From: Mustelus asterias
Lineage: Eukaryota
NCBI RefSeq assembly: GCF_964213995.1
Contig: NC_135804.1
Span: forward strand, 68,696,001 to 68,760,000
DNA length: 64,000 bases
Direction: 5' to 3'
Shown: piece after piece, positions 48,402 through 62,026 of the stretch
How the letters are laid out: every line of letters begins with the position of its first letter
Numbering within the stretch: position 1 is the stretch's first letter
Notes under the pieces: model-generated
Database searches by the model: none
The model's input: only the letters and a program-made list of their open reading frames with translations
Told to the model about the DNA's origin: nothing
Made by a program: the position numbers and the translations under genes

Positions 48402-51400
48402 TGTTGTAGGTAAAAAATACCTCTGAGACTAGTCGTAGGTCAAAGTACAGTGGTTTATTTGCACAATTGTGGGAGATGTCCGATGCCTAACACTGCCTCA
48501 GACTTCTCACCAAATATGAGTTAAGATCAAATATTTATACGAATGTTTTCGCCAACTGGTTACAAAGAACAAAGAACAAAGAAGAATACAGCACAGGAAC
48601 AGGCCCTTTGGCCCTCCAAGCCCGTGCCGCTCCCTGGCCCAAACTAGACCATTCTTTTGTATCCCTCCATTCCCACTCCATTCATATGGCTATCTAGATA
48701 AGTCTTAAACGTTCCCAGTGTGTCCGCCTCCACCACCTTGCCTGGCAGCGCATTCCAGACCCCCACCACCCTCTGTGTAAAATATGTCCTTCTGATATCT
48801 GTGTTAAACCTCCCCCCCTTCACCTTGAACCTATGACCCCTTGTGAACGTCACCACCGATCTGGGGAAAAGCTTCCCACCGTTCACGCTATCTATGCCTT
48901 TCATAATTTTATACACCTCTATTAAGTCTCCCCTCATCCTCCGTCTTTCCAGGGAGAACAACCCCAGTTTGCCCAATCTCTCCTCATAACTAAGCCCCTC
49001 CATACCAGGCAACATCCTGGTAAACCTCCTCTGTACTCTCTCCAAAGCCTCCACGTCCTTCTGGTAGTGTGGCGACCAGAACTGGACGCAGTATTCCAAA
49101 TGCGGCCGAACCAACGTTCTATACATCTGCAACATCAGACCCCAGTTTTTATACTCTATGCCCCATCCTATAAAGGCAAGCATGCCATATGCCTTCTTCA
49201 CCACCTTCACCACCTGTGACGTCAGCTTTAAGGATCTGTGGACTTGCACACCCAGGTCCCTCTGCGTATCTACACCCTTAATGGTTCTGCCATTTATCGT
49301 ATAGCTCCTCCCTACATTATTTCTACCAAAATGTATCACTTCGCATTCATCAGGATTGAACTCCATCTGCCATTTCTTTGCCCAAATTTCCAGCCTATCT
49401 ATATCCTTCTGTAGCCTCTGACAATGCTCCCCACTATCTGCAAGTCCTGCCAATTTTGTGTCGTCCGCAAACTTACTGATCACCCCAGTTACACCTTCTT
49501 CCAGATCATTTATATAAATCACAAACAGCAGAGGTCCCAATACAGACCCCTGCGGAACACCACTAATCACAGGCCTCCAGCCGGAAAAAGACCCTTCCTC
49601 TGTCTTCTGTGACCAAGCCAGTTCTCCACCCATCTAGCCACCTCTTCCTTTATCCCATGAGATCCAACCTTTTTCACCAGCCTACCATGAGGGACTTTGT
49701 CAAACGCTTTACTAAAGTCCATATAGACGACATCCACGGCCCTTCCCTCGTCAACCATTCTAGTCACTTCTTCAAAAAACTCCACCAGGTTAGTGAGGCA
49801 TGACCTCCCTCTCACAAAACCATGCTGACTATCGTTAATGAGTTTATTCCTTTCTAAATGCGCATACATCCTATCTCTAAGAATCTTCTCCAACAACGTC
49901 CCCACCACGGACGTCAAGCTCACCGGCCTATAATTACCCGGGTTATCCTTCCTACCCTCCTTAAATAACGGGACCACATGAGCTATCCTCCAATCCTCTG
50001 GGACCTCACCTGTGTCCAGTGACGAGACAAAGATTTGTGTCAGAGGCCCAGCGATTTCATCTCTCGTCTCCCTGAGCAGCCTTGGATAGATTCCATCAGG
50101 CCCTGGGGATTTGTCAGTCTTTATATTCTCTACAAACCTAACACTTCCTCCCTTGTAATGGAGATTTTCGCCAACGTTTCAACACTCCCCTCCGAGACAC
50201 TCCCAGTCAACACATCCCTCTCCTTTGTGAATGCCAGCGCAAAGTATTCATTTAGGATCTCCCCTACTTCTTTGGGCTCCAAGCATAATTCCCCACTTTT
50301 GTTCCTGAGAGGTCCGATTTTTTCCATGCGAATCCTTTTGTTCCTAACGTATCGAATAAAATGCCTTGGGATTCTCGTTAATCCTGTCTTCCAAGGACAT
50401 TTCGTGACCCCTTTTTGCCCTTCGAAATCCCCGTTTGAGTTCTTTCCTACTTTCTTTGTACCCCTCCAGAGCTCCTTCCGTTTTTAGCTGCCTGGACCTA
50501 ACATACGCCTCTCTTTTCCTATTGACCAGTCCCTCACTTTCCCTGGTTATCCACGGTTCTCGAATCCTACCCTTCCTATCCTTCTTTTTTACAGGCACAT
50601 GCCTGTCCTGTAGCCCTAACAACTGTTCCTTAAAAGACTCCCACATGCCAGATGCGGATTTACCCTCAAACAGCGTCTCCCAATCAACAGCTGCCAGTTT
50701 CTGCCTAATCCCACTAAAGTTAGCCTTCCCCCAATCCAACACCTTACCCTTGGGACACCACTCATCCTTTTCCATCACTATCCTAAAGCTAACAGAATTG
50801 TGGTCACTATTTGCCACATGTTCCCCTACCAAAACGTTGAAGACCTGACCGGGCTCATTCCCCAGTACCAGGTCCAGTATAGCCCCCTCTCTAGTCGGGC
50901 TATCTACATATTGTTCCAAAGAACCCTCCTGTACGCATTTTACAAATTCCTCCCCATTCAGAGTCCCAGCTCTCAGCGATTTCCAGTCTATACCAGGGAA
51001 ATTGAAGTCTCCCACTACAACTACCCTATTTTTCCTGCACCTATCCAGTATCTCCTGACATATTGGTTCTTCCACTTCCCTTGGGCTGTTGGGGGGCCTG
51101 TAGTATACCCCCAACATAGTGATTGCGCCCTTCCTGTTTTTAAGCTCCACCCAGAGTGACTCGTTACACGGCCCCTCTGAATTGTCCTCCCTCTGCACCG
51201 CTGTAATATGCTCTCCAACTAATACTGCTACTCCCCCACCTCTTTTGGCCCCTCCTCTGTCTCGCCTAAAACACTTGTACCCCAGAATATTCAGCTGCCA
51301 GTTCTGTCCCTCTTACAACCAAGTCTCTATCACCGCAACCACATCCAAATTCCTCGTGAGCATTAAGGCCCTAAGTTCGTCTGTCTTACCTGCTACGCTC

Positions 51401-52150
51401 CTTGCATTGAAGTATAAGCACTCCAGACCTCCAGGCCCAGTGAGGTCATCCTCCCCCAGAGTGCCCTTCTTCTTTGCCGCCTTGTCCCAGCCCCAAGCTC
51501 GTCCCCAGCCTCTACACTTGTAGACCTAATATTTTGATCCCCACCCCCCTGCCATACTAGTTTAAACCCCCCCGAACTGCACTAGCAAAACTCCCAGCCA
51601 GGTTACGTCTTCATCTTCCCATGATTATTGCTTTCTCAGCGCTTCCATCTTTCGTGTAGTCCATGTAATCGTAGTCATCTCAAGGCTGCGACTGTCTCTG
51701 TTATATCCCTAGATGTGACGCCCATCTGCGGCTTGTTCAGCCGGCACACAAGATTACAGGTTTTGCACAAACAAGTTACCTGACATCCAAGGGTACAGGG
51801 GCTTGTATAACACTTCATGTTCGGAGGATGAATAGTATATAATGAATATATATGAATCTATTGTTATATGATGACAGAAGGCATACATGTCAGCTCCACC
51901 GTGTTAAACAAAGGTACATAATAGAAAGGAACATAAAATGGAGTCTGCATAGCTGATTCTGATACACAATTAGTTGGGAATAGCAAGGATAGCTGCCTCT
52001 CTTATCTGGTTTGAATACATGTAAACAGGCTTTATAGACATGAAGGCACCGAACTTTAATGAAAACATGAGCCCCAGAATGTTTTCCACAAAATTTCTAA
52101 GTATCACAGAGGGCAGGTCTCAATGCTTAAGTGTTACAAAGTTCATTAAC
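48402..52150 (-). repeat. ERV-C 3' LTR, split by a CR1
   Basis: 48402-48563 and 51601-51890 align to 61583-62027. Purine tract GGGAGTGAAGACGGGAA on the minus strand at about 52154-52170. Exact U3 start is uncertain. Confidence 0.85.
48564..51600 (-). mobile_element. CR1 LINE with nearly complete ORF2 (frameshifted)
   Basis: APE and RT ORFs 50344-51198, 49567-49977 and 48644-49633; TSD GGTTAC at 48558-48563 and 51601-51606, single-copy in the other LTR. Confidence 0.95.
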
Positions 52151-52213
52151 CCATTCCCGTCTTCACTCCCACCTGTTGGTCGGGCCAGGTCCAACCATTG
52201 CCCCATGACCAAT

Positions 52214-53628
52214 TCAGAACCACATGTTATCGGGGAATGGGCCTAGCTCCTTTGTCGGGAGGTTTGCCCCCTCCGCCTGTACACTTGCACCCAGCATAAT
52301 CCGCGCCGTTACTGTTTTGCAACAGACGTTCAATAATGCCGTACAAACACAGCAAGTAATTACAATTACAATTAATACAATCAATCCATGCATCAGGTAT
52401 GCACCCCACGACCCAAACCATTGCCCCAGCCAGCCCGGAGGGTTATAATTGTGATATTGGTTCCCCTCATCCTGTATTGTTTTCGCCACGTGTTTAATAT
52501 GATCTGCTAAGCGAGTTATATTCTCCGAAGCATCGGGAATATACGTACAGCATTCGGAGCCAACTATGGCACATGTTCCTCCTTGGGAGGTGAGCACATA
52601 ATCGAGTGCCAATAGGTTCTGTAGCGTCACAGTCCGAATAGCTACGACTTCTGCTGATATTTCAGAGATGGCCGTGCTCACCTCCTCAAACCCATCTTTA
52701 GTCTCATTAGCAATTCTCTCTGGGGTTGAGGCCATCCGTATAAGTTCCTGTGCTGCCTTTGCCATCCCATAAAGTGGGTAGGCTATCATAAAGAACCGTT
52801 CTGTCTCAGTAATGGCTCGTTTAGCCCTAAGCAGGTGCATCTCGGGGTGGTCCCGTAAGTCAGTGTATTGGTGAATATAAGGCACCACATATGCCAAATA
52901 ACACGATCCTGTCCAATTCCAGGGAAGCCACGGATAGGCATTGTTTCCACAGACAAAATAGGTACCATTATTTACAGTCATCTCACTTATATAAGCGGAG
53001 GAGAGGCTAACCAGGACGGTGGCTATGGGGCACTGGATTGTGACCTGTACCATGGCCCCAGCGTCATCAGTGATATCAATCTGCTGTATACAGTAGCTAC
53101 GGCCAACAGACATGGTTCCATTTCTTGTCAGGCAGATAGATCCTCTTTGTTGATTTTTTACAATGAAGTAGGGTGGGGAATCTGATCTGTCATAGCTGGG
53201 TTGGTAATGTTTCTTAAAGGTCGATAAAGTGCAGCCTCCACCCCCTAGCCTTGAAACAACATCACTGTTGCTGATACACTGCATAGTGGTACCCGATGGG
53301 GTTTTAAATGTCAGTTTCTTTGTCCCTTCCTAGGTTCCATTCTGATTTAAAATCCATTCTATAATTCCGGAGCTGATAAAGAGATAGGGAATAAAGGATT
53401 TCCTCCCTTTCCTCCATGCATGGGAATGTGTGAACAGACCCAGCACTTGCTCAGATTCGATTGTGAAGCATACAAATAAGACATATACACAAAGGCGTTC
53501 ATACAATAGACAGAGTCATCGTTACAGAGATGATCACTGTGCTTCATCCCATAATCCTCATAATTCCATCTATACTTTCCCGCTATGGCTAACAGGTCCA
53601 GGGTTGTGAGAAGCAGAATGAAAAGCAT
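52214..53628 (-). pseudogene. env: ERV-C env, gamma-type (class I) envelope, broken near 53350
   Basis: Signal peptide, CWVC, furin site RAKR, ISD LQNLLALDYV, CX6CC (CAIVGSECC) and TM anchor. Confidence 0.92.
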
Positions 53629-53789
53629 CTTATCATTTACTAATAACCCGCGCGACCGTTATACAATGGTCCAAAGGCTATACCGCCTGTGCGCAACTTC
53701 CCGCGAACCCGTTCAGCTTGCTTGGAGGTCAGTCGTTGTCTGTACACACCTGCAATTGGAGTATATCACATATTTTTCCAATTAGTTCC

Positions 53790-54262
53790 AGCATATTCAA
53801 CTGATATCAACTGAATTTAATGTTTCCATATACCTTTTCCCCTTATGTCTATACAGGCACAGGTATCTCCACTAATTATAACTTCATATGGCCCATTCCA
53901 TTTCAGTGCAAACCCTGGTTTGGCAGGTATTGTTTTCACTAGGACGTCCCGTTGTTGGGATGTCAGGGAACATTTCAAGCTCTCTCTCTGCGTCTCTTAT
54001 TTCCTGATTGTCTTTTGTCAATTTATGCATCCCTTTTAGTTGGGTGCTTAGTTCCAAAACATATCTCTTGATTTTATCTTTTAGTGGACCTACATCGGTC
54101 CCACCTGTTATGATGTTTTTGTGGCAATTGGTAATCATCCGTCCTGTCATTAGTTCATAAGGGGTTAATTTGGTTGTCCGGTTTGTGGTAACCCTTAATC
54201 TCATTAGTATGGTGGGCAATACCTTTGCCCACATTTTATCCGATGTCTGTATGGTTTTAGCC
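53790..54262 (-). pseudogene. Second, diverged integrase C-terminal fragment
   Basis: LPTILMRLR..TPYELMTGR...KWNGPYEVIISGDTCACID, paralogous to 55314-55800. Confidence 0.85.
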
Positions 54263-55313
54263 GGTGCATTATACATTTAATAGAAAGCTTAATGTGAATC
54301 AAATAAAACTTTGCACTGTCTGCAGCTGGACATCCATTCATTTGTATATAATCCTATCAGAAGACATCACTTTCCTCATCAAAATCACATGCCGTACAGC
54401 TCTGAGTTTTATATGATGTATTCTTACATTATATCTAATTTGGTCATTTGTTTGACCACATTTGAAAGTGCAATGTTTAAGCAGAAATGATTCTTCTGCA
54501 GACAGATTTTTTTTCATGAGGTAAATAGCAGTGTTTTGTGGTCACAGATGCCAATTATTTATGCAGTCAGACACAGGTTGTACCCAGCCCTTTGAAAACA
54601 CAGATAACCGAAGTTATAATGAGCTATCTGTTGTGTTCAGTTGAATGCTGCAAGATGTTTGAGTCTGGCTGCAAAGTCAGTCTCCAATACTTTCCCTATC
54701 TCTCTCGCTCTTAAGTAATCTGATTTCCCTTCCTGTCATGTTAATGTTAATTGTGCAAGTTACAAATTATGGCAAAGAATGTTAAATGCTTGGAATAAAT
54801 AGCCTTTTCATTGTCAATTCTTTTAAGAATACATTTTCAAATTTAACAAAAGCCTGATCCAAATAATCCATTTATTTTTATCACTTTTAAATATCCCTAT
54901 TAAATTAAGACATTTACACTTTCTTACAGACTCTCCGGTTTAAGCTCAAAATGTGCATAATTAATTATTTCTACAGCTCTGCCTTTGTAACCAACACAGG
55001 CAGATACAAGATCGAATCTACTGTGTGCTCAAATGGTTAACTCTCCTTACGACTCTTCAGATGTAATGTCATGCTATTTTTCCCACATTCCCCAAATCTC
55101 TGTCCGATGCACTATCGTAAAATTTCAGCTGGGGAGAGTAATTTATTAAACTCGCACTCAGAGCAAACAATTCACTTTGATCTGCTATACCCTATTCCAC
55201 CACATGAGGCTCTCGATCGCACAATTACATCCTCTCTCTCTCTCTCCCTCTTAAGAGAGAGAGAGTTACAGCCTGCTTGTTTTCTTTTAACACTTTACTC
55301 CCCTCTTAACTGT

Positions 55314-58300
55314 TTAGTTGGGGTAATGAGTGTATTCTTTTAACTGAGTCCAATGCTTCCAGACACTCCTACCTTGCATATCTATGCAGGCACAGGTGTC
55401 TCCACTGATAATGACCTTATAAGGGCCATTCCATTTGGGGGCAAATCCAGGTTTTCCTGGTCGTGTTTTTACCATAACCTTGCTGCCCGCCGGAGGTAGC
55501 TCCGGGGTCTGTTCTAGTTTATTGTGCTCATCTACCACTATTTGTTTGTCCCGTACTGTTTTCCACATATCTTTTAATTGGGAGCTTAACTCTAATACTT
55601 ATCGTCTAATCCTGTCCCGTAACGGGCCTCCATCTGCCCCTCCGGTAATGATGGACTCGGGCAGTTGCATAGCCCTTCCAGTCATTAGCTCATATGGTGT
55701 CAGCCCAGTGGTCCGACTTGTGGTGGCCCTGAGTTTCATTAATATGGTGGGTAATACTTCTGTCCCTCTCTTTCCTGATTCCTGCATGGTCTTTGAAAGG
55801 GAGGTCTTAAGTGCCCTATTCATACGTTTCACCATTCCTGAGCTTTGAGAGTGGGAGGGTATGTGAAATTTCTGTTTTATCCTCATCAGTTGACATATGG
55901 TCTTTATTACGTTCCCCTTAAAATGTGTGCCTTGATCAGAGTCTATTTGCAAAGGCACCCCCCATCTTGGGATAACTTCCTCAGCTAATATTCTATCCAC
56001 TGTAGTGGCAGAACAATGTTTCATCGGGAATGCTTCTACCCATCTGATGAATTGATCAATTATTACCAAGCAGTAGGTTCTCCCGTGTGACTGCGGAAGA
56101 GGTCTTGTAAAGTCGATTTGTAGATGTTCCCAGGGACCCTTAGGGCGAGGCTGGTGCCCCATCTTGATTTTTACGGGTCTTCCAGGGTTATACTGTGCAC
56201 AGGTCATGCACCGGTGACAATATCGGGCAATGTCCCGTCCCATTCCTCTCCACCACCATTCCTTCCCCATACTGGTCATCATGGCATCCCTTCCCACATG
56301 TGACAGCCCATGATGTAGCTGCATCAGACTATGCTGGATACATTCTGGGGCTAGGAATTTATCATTTAATCTCCATACCACCCCCCCCCCCTCCATCAGG
56401 TGTAGCTCCTTGAGCTTTCCACCTCACACGTTCTTCTTCAGGGGTATCAGCATGTAGCTGTGAGATGTCTATTGGGGGTCCAGTTTTAGCCGAGGTGGCC
56501 GGCAAGGCCTGCACTTCCCCCGTTTCCAAGGTGGATTGTGCAGCCTTGTCGGCTGCCTGGTTTCCCTTAAAGATATGCCACTCAGGACTTTGCTTGTCTG
56601 GTTCCCTTTGATGTGCCTTTACCTTCAATACCGCGGCTTCCGATGGGAGCTCGCTGGCTTTCAATAAGGTTGTTATTATTTGGCCATGTTTCATTGGAGT
56701 GCCTCCCGTGGTGACGAATCCCCTTCTCCCCCAAATGGTCATATAGTCATGTACAATTCCGAACGCATATCTACTATCGGTGTGAATGTTGACCCTTTTC
56801 CCCGCCGCCTTGGTAAAAGCCTTAGTTAAGGCTACTAGTTCCACTAATTGCGCTGACATGCTTCCCTCTATCCTTCCTGCTTGAACAATTTGTAAACCCG
56901 CATTCACTACTGCCCATCCCGTTCATGGTGACCCCTCTACATATTTCCGTGATGAAGTAGGCCATTTTCCAAAAGCCATATTTTTATTATCTCATCAATA
57001 TTCACCTCATTAAACATATTCATTTATTGGAATGATTGGCACCATTCATAACGTGCCCACAATGCAGAGAGGAACACCCGAATGGGCATTCGTTTAAATC
57101 CCCCTCTGCACAGCTGAGAGACCTTTAATTTCAAAGCCGACAAAAAATCCTTATTCTGCCCAGCAACAGCACGAAGCTGCATTTTAAACCGGCTTTTGGC
57201 CAGAAGATCGGGATATCTGCGAGCCAAGACCTGGAGTGGGTTATATGGCATAACCGGACTGTCAATAAAATATTACAGGAATAAAATGGCCAAGCCAGGC
57301 AAAGAAACTTAATAAACTAGGATAAAAAGAATAAAAGATTAGATTAAATCCCCCTACACACAGCAGGACAAAATGATATTAACACCTAATGTCGCAAGCA
57401 TAGAATACAGACAGAAAACAGTCGAGGTCGATTTAGATAAGGGGACACATTGAGAGGATAATGGGAAACACATTAAAACACCGGGGCAAGAACAGGCAGT
57501 CCCATTAACACGGACACACACCATACAGATGCAAATTGACAAGTCTCTCAGGGAACTTCCTGACCAGACAGGCCACTTTATAAGTATTGTAAAAATGTAT
57601 GAGCAAATGTTCCCGCTCGAATTTGGATTCCTATAAATATCCAGAGCAAAGGAATAACTATTGAGATCAACGAGGCCAAGCACTGGTTCTAAGCTGGCTA
57701 CAGGGGTCTCCCTGGGTTCCCAGTAATTGTACAATAAAGAAAAACGCTTTGAACCTTGCCTTGCGACTCGACTTCATTGAATGCACTGGTACAGGGATTT
57801 TTCCCTACAACAGTGATCCATCCACAAACAGGATCAAATCTGGTGCCTCCAGGGGCACATCTTTTATTCTACTTTCCTCTACCTCTTCATCTACGTCCCC
57901 ACATGTGTGTGGGTTCCCTTCACCTAACATTCCTTCTGCGGGGTTCATTCCCATGTCTTGTACAATGGTGATGGACTTAGTGGGTGGGAGAAGCACTCCC
58001 TTCCACTTCACCCTTCTCATATTCGAGACAGACCGCAATTTTCCTGTGTTCAGCATTTCCACCAATGTATGTTTGGTGTGTAAAACAATATTCCTCATCA
58101 TTATGATGGGCTCGCTGACCTTTACTGCCCATGTCGTGCAATCCAGTGCGACTATACATCTGGGTAACCCGGTTACTACGGGGCCCTCCACTGTGGAATA
58201 ATAACCCACGGGTCGCTGCTTGTCCCCATGGACCTGTGTGACTACTGCCAAATAAAACCCCCCTTCATTATTACAATAGATGTGAAAATCTTTACTAGCG

Positions 58301-59745
58301 TCGGGCAGTCCAAGTCCCGGAACTGTCATTAGTTCTAATTTTAGTTTATTATATGCTTTTTCCTGTTCTGATTCCCATTCTATAACTTCTAGAGCAGGTT
58401 TCCCCCCGTTTACTCACCTTTGTATTGGTTCGGCTAGCCTAGCGAATTCCGGTATAAAGTTGCGGCTGTAATTAAACAATCCCCAAACCTTCCTTACCCC
58501 TCGGACGGTTACTGGTCTTGGCATTTCCTGTATGGCTGTTTTCCTGTCCAATGGCATTTCTTTGGTCCCCTGGGATATCAGGTGTCCCAAATATAACACC
58601 TGCGCTTTCCCTATTTGGGCCTTCCTGGGGCTCGCCTTTAGTCCCTGTTCTTCTAAGTGTTTCAGGACTGAGTATCGTGCCGTCTGATGTTCTGCTCTAG
58701 TTTTGGAGGCTTTTAAGATGTTGTCTACATACTGCAGAATTGTGCTCCCCTTTGGGACTTCTACTTGTTCTAATATCTTACTCATTACCCAGTGAAATGT
58801 AGCCGAGCTGTTGTGGAAGCCTTGTGGGAGCCTAGTCCATGTGTACTGTTTATCGCCTACGGTAAATGCAAATTTATCTTGTGAATTAAGGTCCAGGGGA
58901 ATGGACCAAACTCCGTTGGCGATGTCTCATACCGTAAAGATTCCATGGGATGGTGACAACCCATTTAAAATGGTGGAGGGGCTAGCCACGATAGGGTGTA
59001 GCTTGGGGGTCACTTTATTTAAAGCGGTATAATCAATGGTTAATCTATAACTCCCGTCCGGTTTAGGCACGGGCCAGGTGGGGGAGCTGGTAGCACTCGT
59101 GGTCGCCCATAGGATCCCCCTTTTTACCAATCCTGTCGCAATTTCCTCGACTGCCTTTTTGGCCTCGGGCTTAATCGGGTAATGTCGATGTGGTTTATGT
59201 TCTGGTCCTTCCACAATTATAGGGGGAATTTTGACTAATCCAGTATCCAGTTTCGTTTCCGCCAACATCCCGGGGACAGAGGCGCAGATGGTGCCAAATC
59301 CATTACCTTCTAACTGCCAGTCGCGTCCTGTTGCAGATGCTGCATGGATGGTTCCTAAATGGTTTACATACGTTCCTACCCTGTCTTTTCTCCCATCGGA
59401 GTGGAGCCAAATCAATTCGCCTTTCCCGCAATCTATTAAGACTTCGTATTCCTTCATCAGGTCATTTCCCATAATGGTTCCTTCATTATTTCTACATACA
59501 TAAAATTGCATAGGTATATACAGGTTATTAATTTCTACTAGGGTGGTTTCACTTCAGTAGGCAAGGGTCTTCTGTTCGTTAACACACCTTGTCTAGATCA
59601 TTTTATTCGTGGTGGGCAAGGGTAGATTGGTGATAGATATGGAGGTTCCCGTGTCCACCAGCATTTTGCATGGTCTGCCGCCTACTCGTGCAGACACGTA
59701 GATTCTACCCTCCTTTCTGCCCAGGCTTGCGGGGGCTGCCTCACG
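55314..59745 (-). pseudogene. pol: ERV-C pro-pol with multiple stops and frameshifts
   Basis: MLVDTG at about 59655, YVDN at about 58725, FVDGS at about 57820, HTDSRY, HHCC, LQIDF and IDSDQG. Confidence 0.92.
56953..57812 (+). repeat. Solo ERV LTR (860 bp) inserted in the RNase H domain of ERV-C
   Basis: TGAAG...CTACAACA; TSD GTGA at 56949-56952 and 57813-57816; TATAAA at about 57632 and AATAAA at about 57733. Removing it restores FVDGS-RKYVEG. Confidence 0.9.
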
Positions 59746-61053
59746 TCAGTTCCCTCCCTCCAAAAGTGGGGGAGGAAGGGGAAGTTGACTCGGTTTGCTG
59801 TGTTTGCTCCAACAAGTGGCCTCGGTGTGGCCATCCTTGTTGCAAAACAGGCAGGTAGGGGCCTTCCTTCTGTCCCCCTTTTTAGCTCTACAGTCTCTGG
59901 CAATGTGACCCGGTTTCCCACAAATATAACACACACCCTTGGGTTTCGCTCCTCCTCTGTTTGCACTAATATTTTCCTGTTTTATTTGTGGTTATGGTTT
60001 CTCATCTGGTCCGTCTCTAATTCCAGATGCCCATTCTACTAATTCATCATAGGCCTGGGTATTGAGAACTCCCATTTTAAGGATTTTTTGGTGAGCTGAC
60101 AACAGCCCGTCTTTAAATGCTTGTAAAAAGGCTCTATCTGTTCGGGCAGTTTCAGGTATTCCTGAACATTCTTGGTATACTCTAAAGAGTCGCTCCCCAA
60201 ATTCAGAGGCTCATTCACCCCTTTGTTGTTTAATATTGATAAGTCTAGACGAATTGGTTGGTGCGTTGCCCAAGACCCGTTGGACTTCCGCCTTAAACCG
60301 ATTAAATGGTTCAATCATTGCCTTGATCTCGGTGTTTGTCTCTGTCGCGTACGTCCACCTCCCACCTCGGTAATCCAATCGAGCTCATTCGGCGTCAGCT
60401 TGATCCGCCCCGTCACCCATTAGTCTCCACTTATCCTGGGGGCAAGCAGCCCGTACCAACTGGTGTATATTCCGCAAATGTAATTGGTGTCCAACCCAAA
60501 TAGCGTCCAGTTCTGCCCAAAATTTGCTATTAATGCTCCGGGGCTGGAGCTTTCCCAGGGATGCCAGAACTTGTTGTCTTTCTCCTGGGGTAAAGGGTTG
60601 GTATCAGGCAGTGGGATTCTGCAATGTCCCGTCCCGAGTTATGGAAGCGAGATCATGGACCTCTTCCTCATCGGGGTCTCCCACTGGTGCCGTGGGTTGT
60701 ATGGCCAGCCCATAGGGAGGCAAGGATCCCCAGCCGGGATCCTCCAAACATTGGTTTCTCTTTTCTAATTCTCTATTGCGTGCTTCCAACATTTTAATTT
60801 TTGCTTTGTCATCAGCCCATTTCTTATCCGAGACTGAGACCTGTTCAATTAATCCGGCCAATTGGTGCATGAAGATAACTCCAATTTTCTTAGTTCTGTC
60901 TTTCTTTTCCTTGTCCAACCATTTTCGTTGTTGGTCTAGTGGGTGGTCTAAATCCCACCCCTTTTTGTTCATCTGTTTAATGAGTTTCTCCCGTTCAATT
61001 TTATACTCATTTATTAAGGATCCCGGGGGTCCCCACTGTCCTTGTCCCGTCAT
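59746..61053 (-). pseudogene. gag: ERV-C gag (disrupted), two zinc knuckles
   Basis: ATG at 61053; CYICGKPGHIARDC and CLFCNKDGHTEATC; LPPY motif. Confidence 0.85.
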
Positions 61054-61562
61054 AACACTGATAAGTTCATCCTCACCACCTGGAGTCTTCTATTCTCCTT
61101 TCTCGCTCTCCCCCTCCTAGGTTGCCCTTATCAGAGTTCGGTGATACCTGTCAGGGGTGATCAGATCCCTCCGTACCACCACTTATATTCTATATTTTTA
61201 TTAAGCCGGCTTTCACATGAATGCTTTTCCTTCAACTCCGGTGATCACTCAGGCAGTCTCTCTCTTACTTATGTCTGAACATCACACCCCAGGCATCTTT
61301 CTCCAGTCTCTAACACCCATTTCAATTTCCTGACCTCAGCGCGGGGGATTTCCCCTCTTAACATTCAGTCTAAGGCTGGGGTGAGAGACGGATGCCTCCT
61401 TGTCCGTATGTGCTCTGTTCAGACGTCTTCCACTCTTACACTCTCCCAAATCACACACTCTTATCACAAATAATTACCCACCATATCCTGACCCACTTTA
61501 CTACGTCCGGTAATCTATTCTGGTGTCCTGGTCATGGCCATTCGACTGGACCCGTAAACAGA

Positions 61563-61580
61563 TCCTGGGTTTCGGCACCA
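61563..61580 (-). promoter_or_regulatory. tRNA-Phe primer binding site
   Basis: TGGTGCCGAAACCCAGGA, 17/18 match to the tRNA-Phe complement TGGTGCCGAAACCCGGGA. Confidence 0.9.
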
Positions 61581-61582
61581 AT

Positions 61583-62026
61583 TGTTGTGGGCAAAAAATA
61601 CCTCTGAGACTAGTCATAGGTCAAAGTACAGTGGTTTATTTGCACAATTGTGGGAGGCGTCCGACGCCTAACACGGCCTCAGACTTCTCACCGAATATGA
61701 GTTAAGATCAAATATTTATATATATGTTTTCGCCCCTGGTTACGTCTTCATCTTCCCATGATTATTGCTTTCTCAGCCCTTCCATCCTTCATGTAGTCCA
61801 TGTAATCGTAGTCATCTCAAGGCTGAGACTGTCTCTGTTATATCCCTAGATGTGACGCACATCTGTAGCTTGTTCAGCCGGCACACAAGATTACAGGTTT
61901 TGCACAAACAAGTTATCTGACATCCAAGGGTACAGGGGCTTGTATAACACTTCATGTTCGTAGGATGAATAGTATATAATGAATATATATGAATCTATTG
62001 TTATACGATGACAGAAGGCATACATG
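61583..62026 (-). repeat. ERV-C 5' LTR (U5/R/part of U3), interrupted by ERV-D
   Basis: Homology to the 3' LTR stops at ...GGCATACATG(T), where a new TG-starting LTR begins. Confidence 0.88.

Larger units (their letters stand above)
48402..62026 (-). mobile_element. ERV-C: degraded class III/SnRV-like endogenous retrovirus
   Basis: Two related LTRs, PBS, gag with two CCHC knuckles, DTG protease, RT motifs DIANG.WSIP and LPQGFHNS, RNase H, integrase and env. Confidence 0.9.

Noticed and set aside
55232-55266. (TC)n...(GA)n hairpin after integrase
   Set aside because: Short microsatellite palindrome with no evidence of function.
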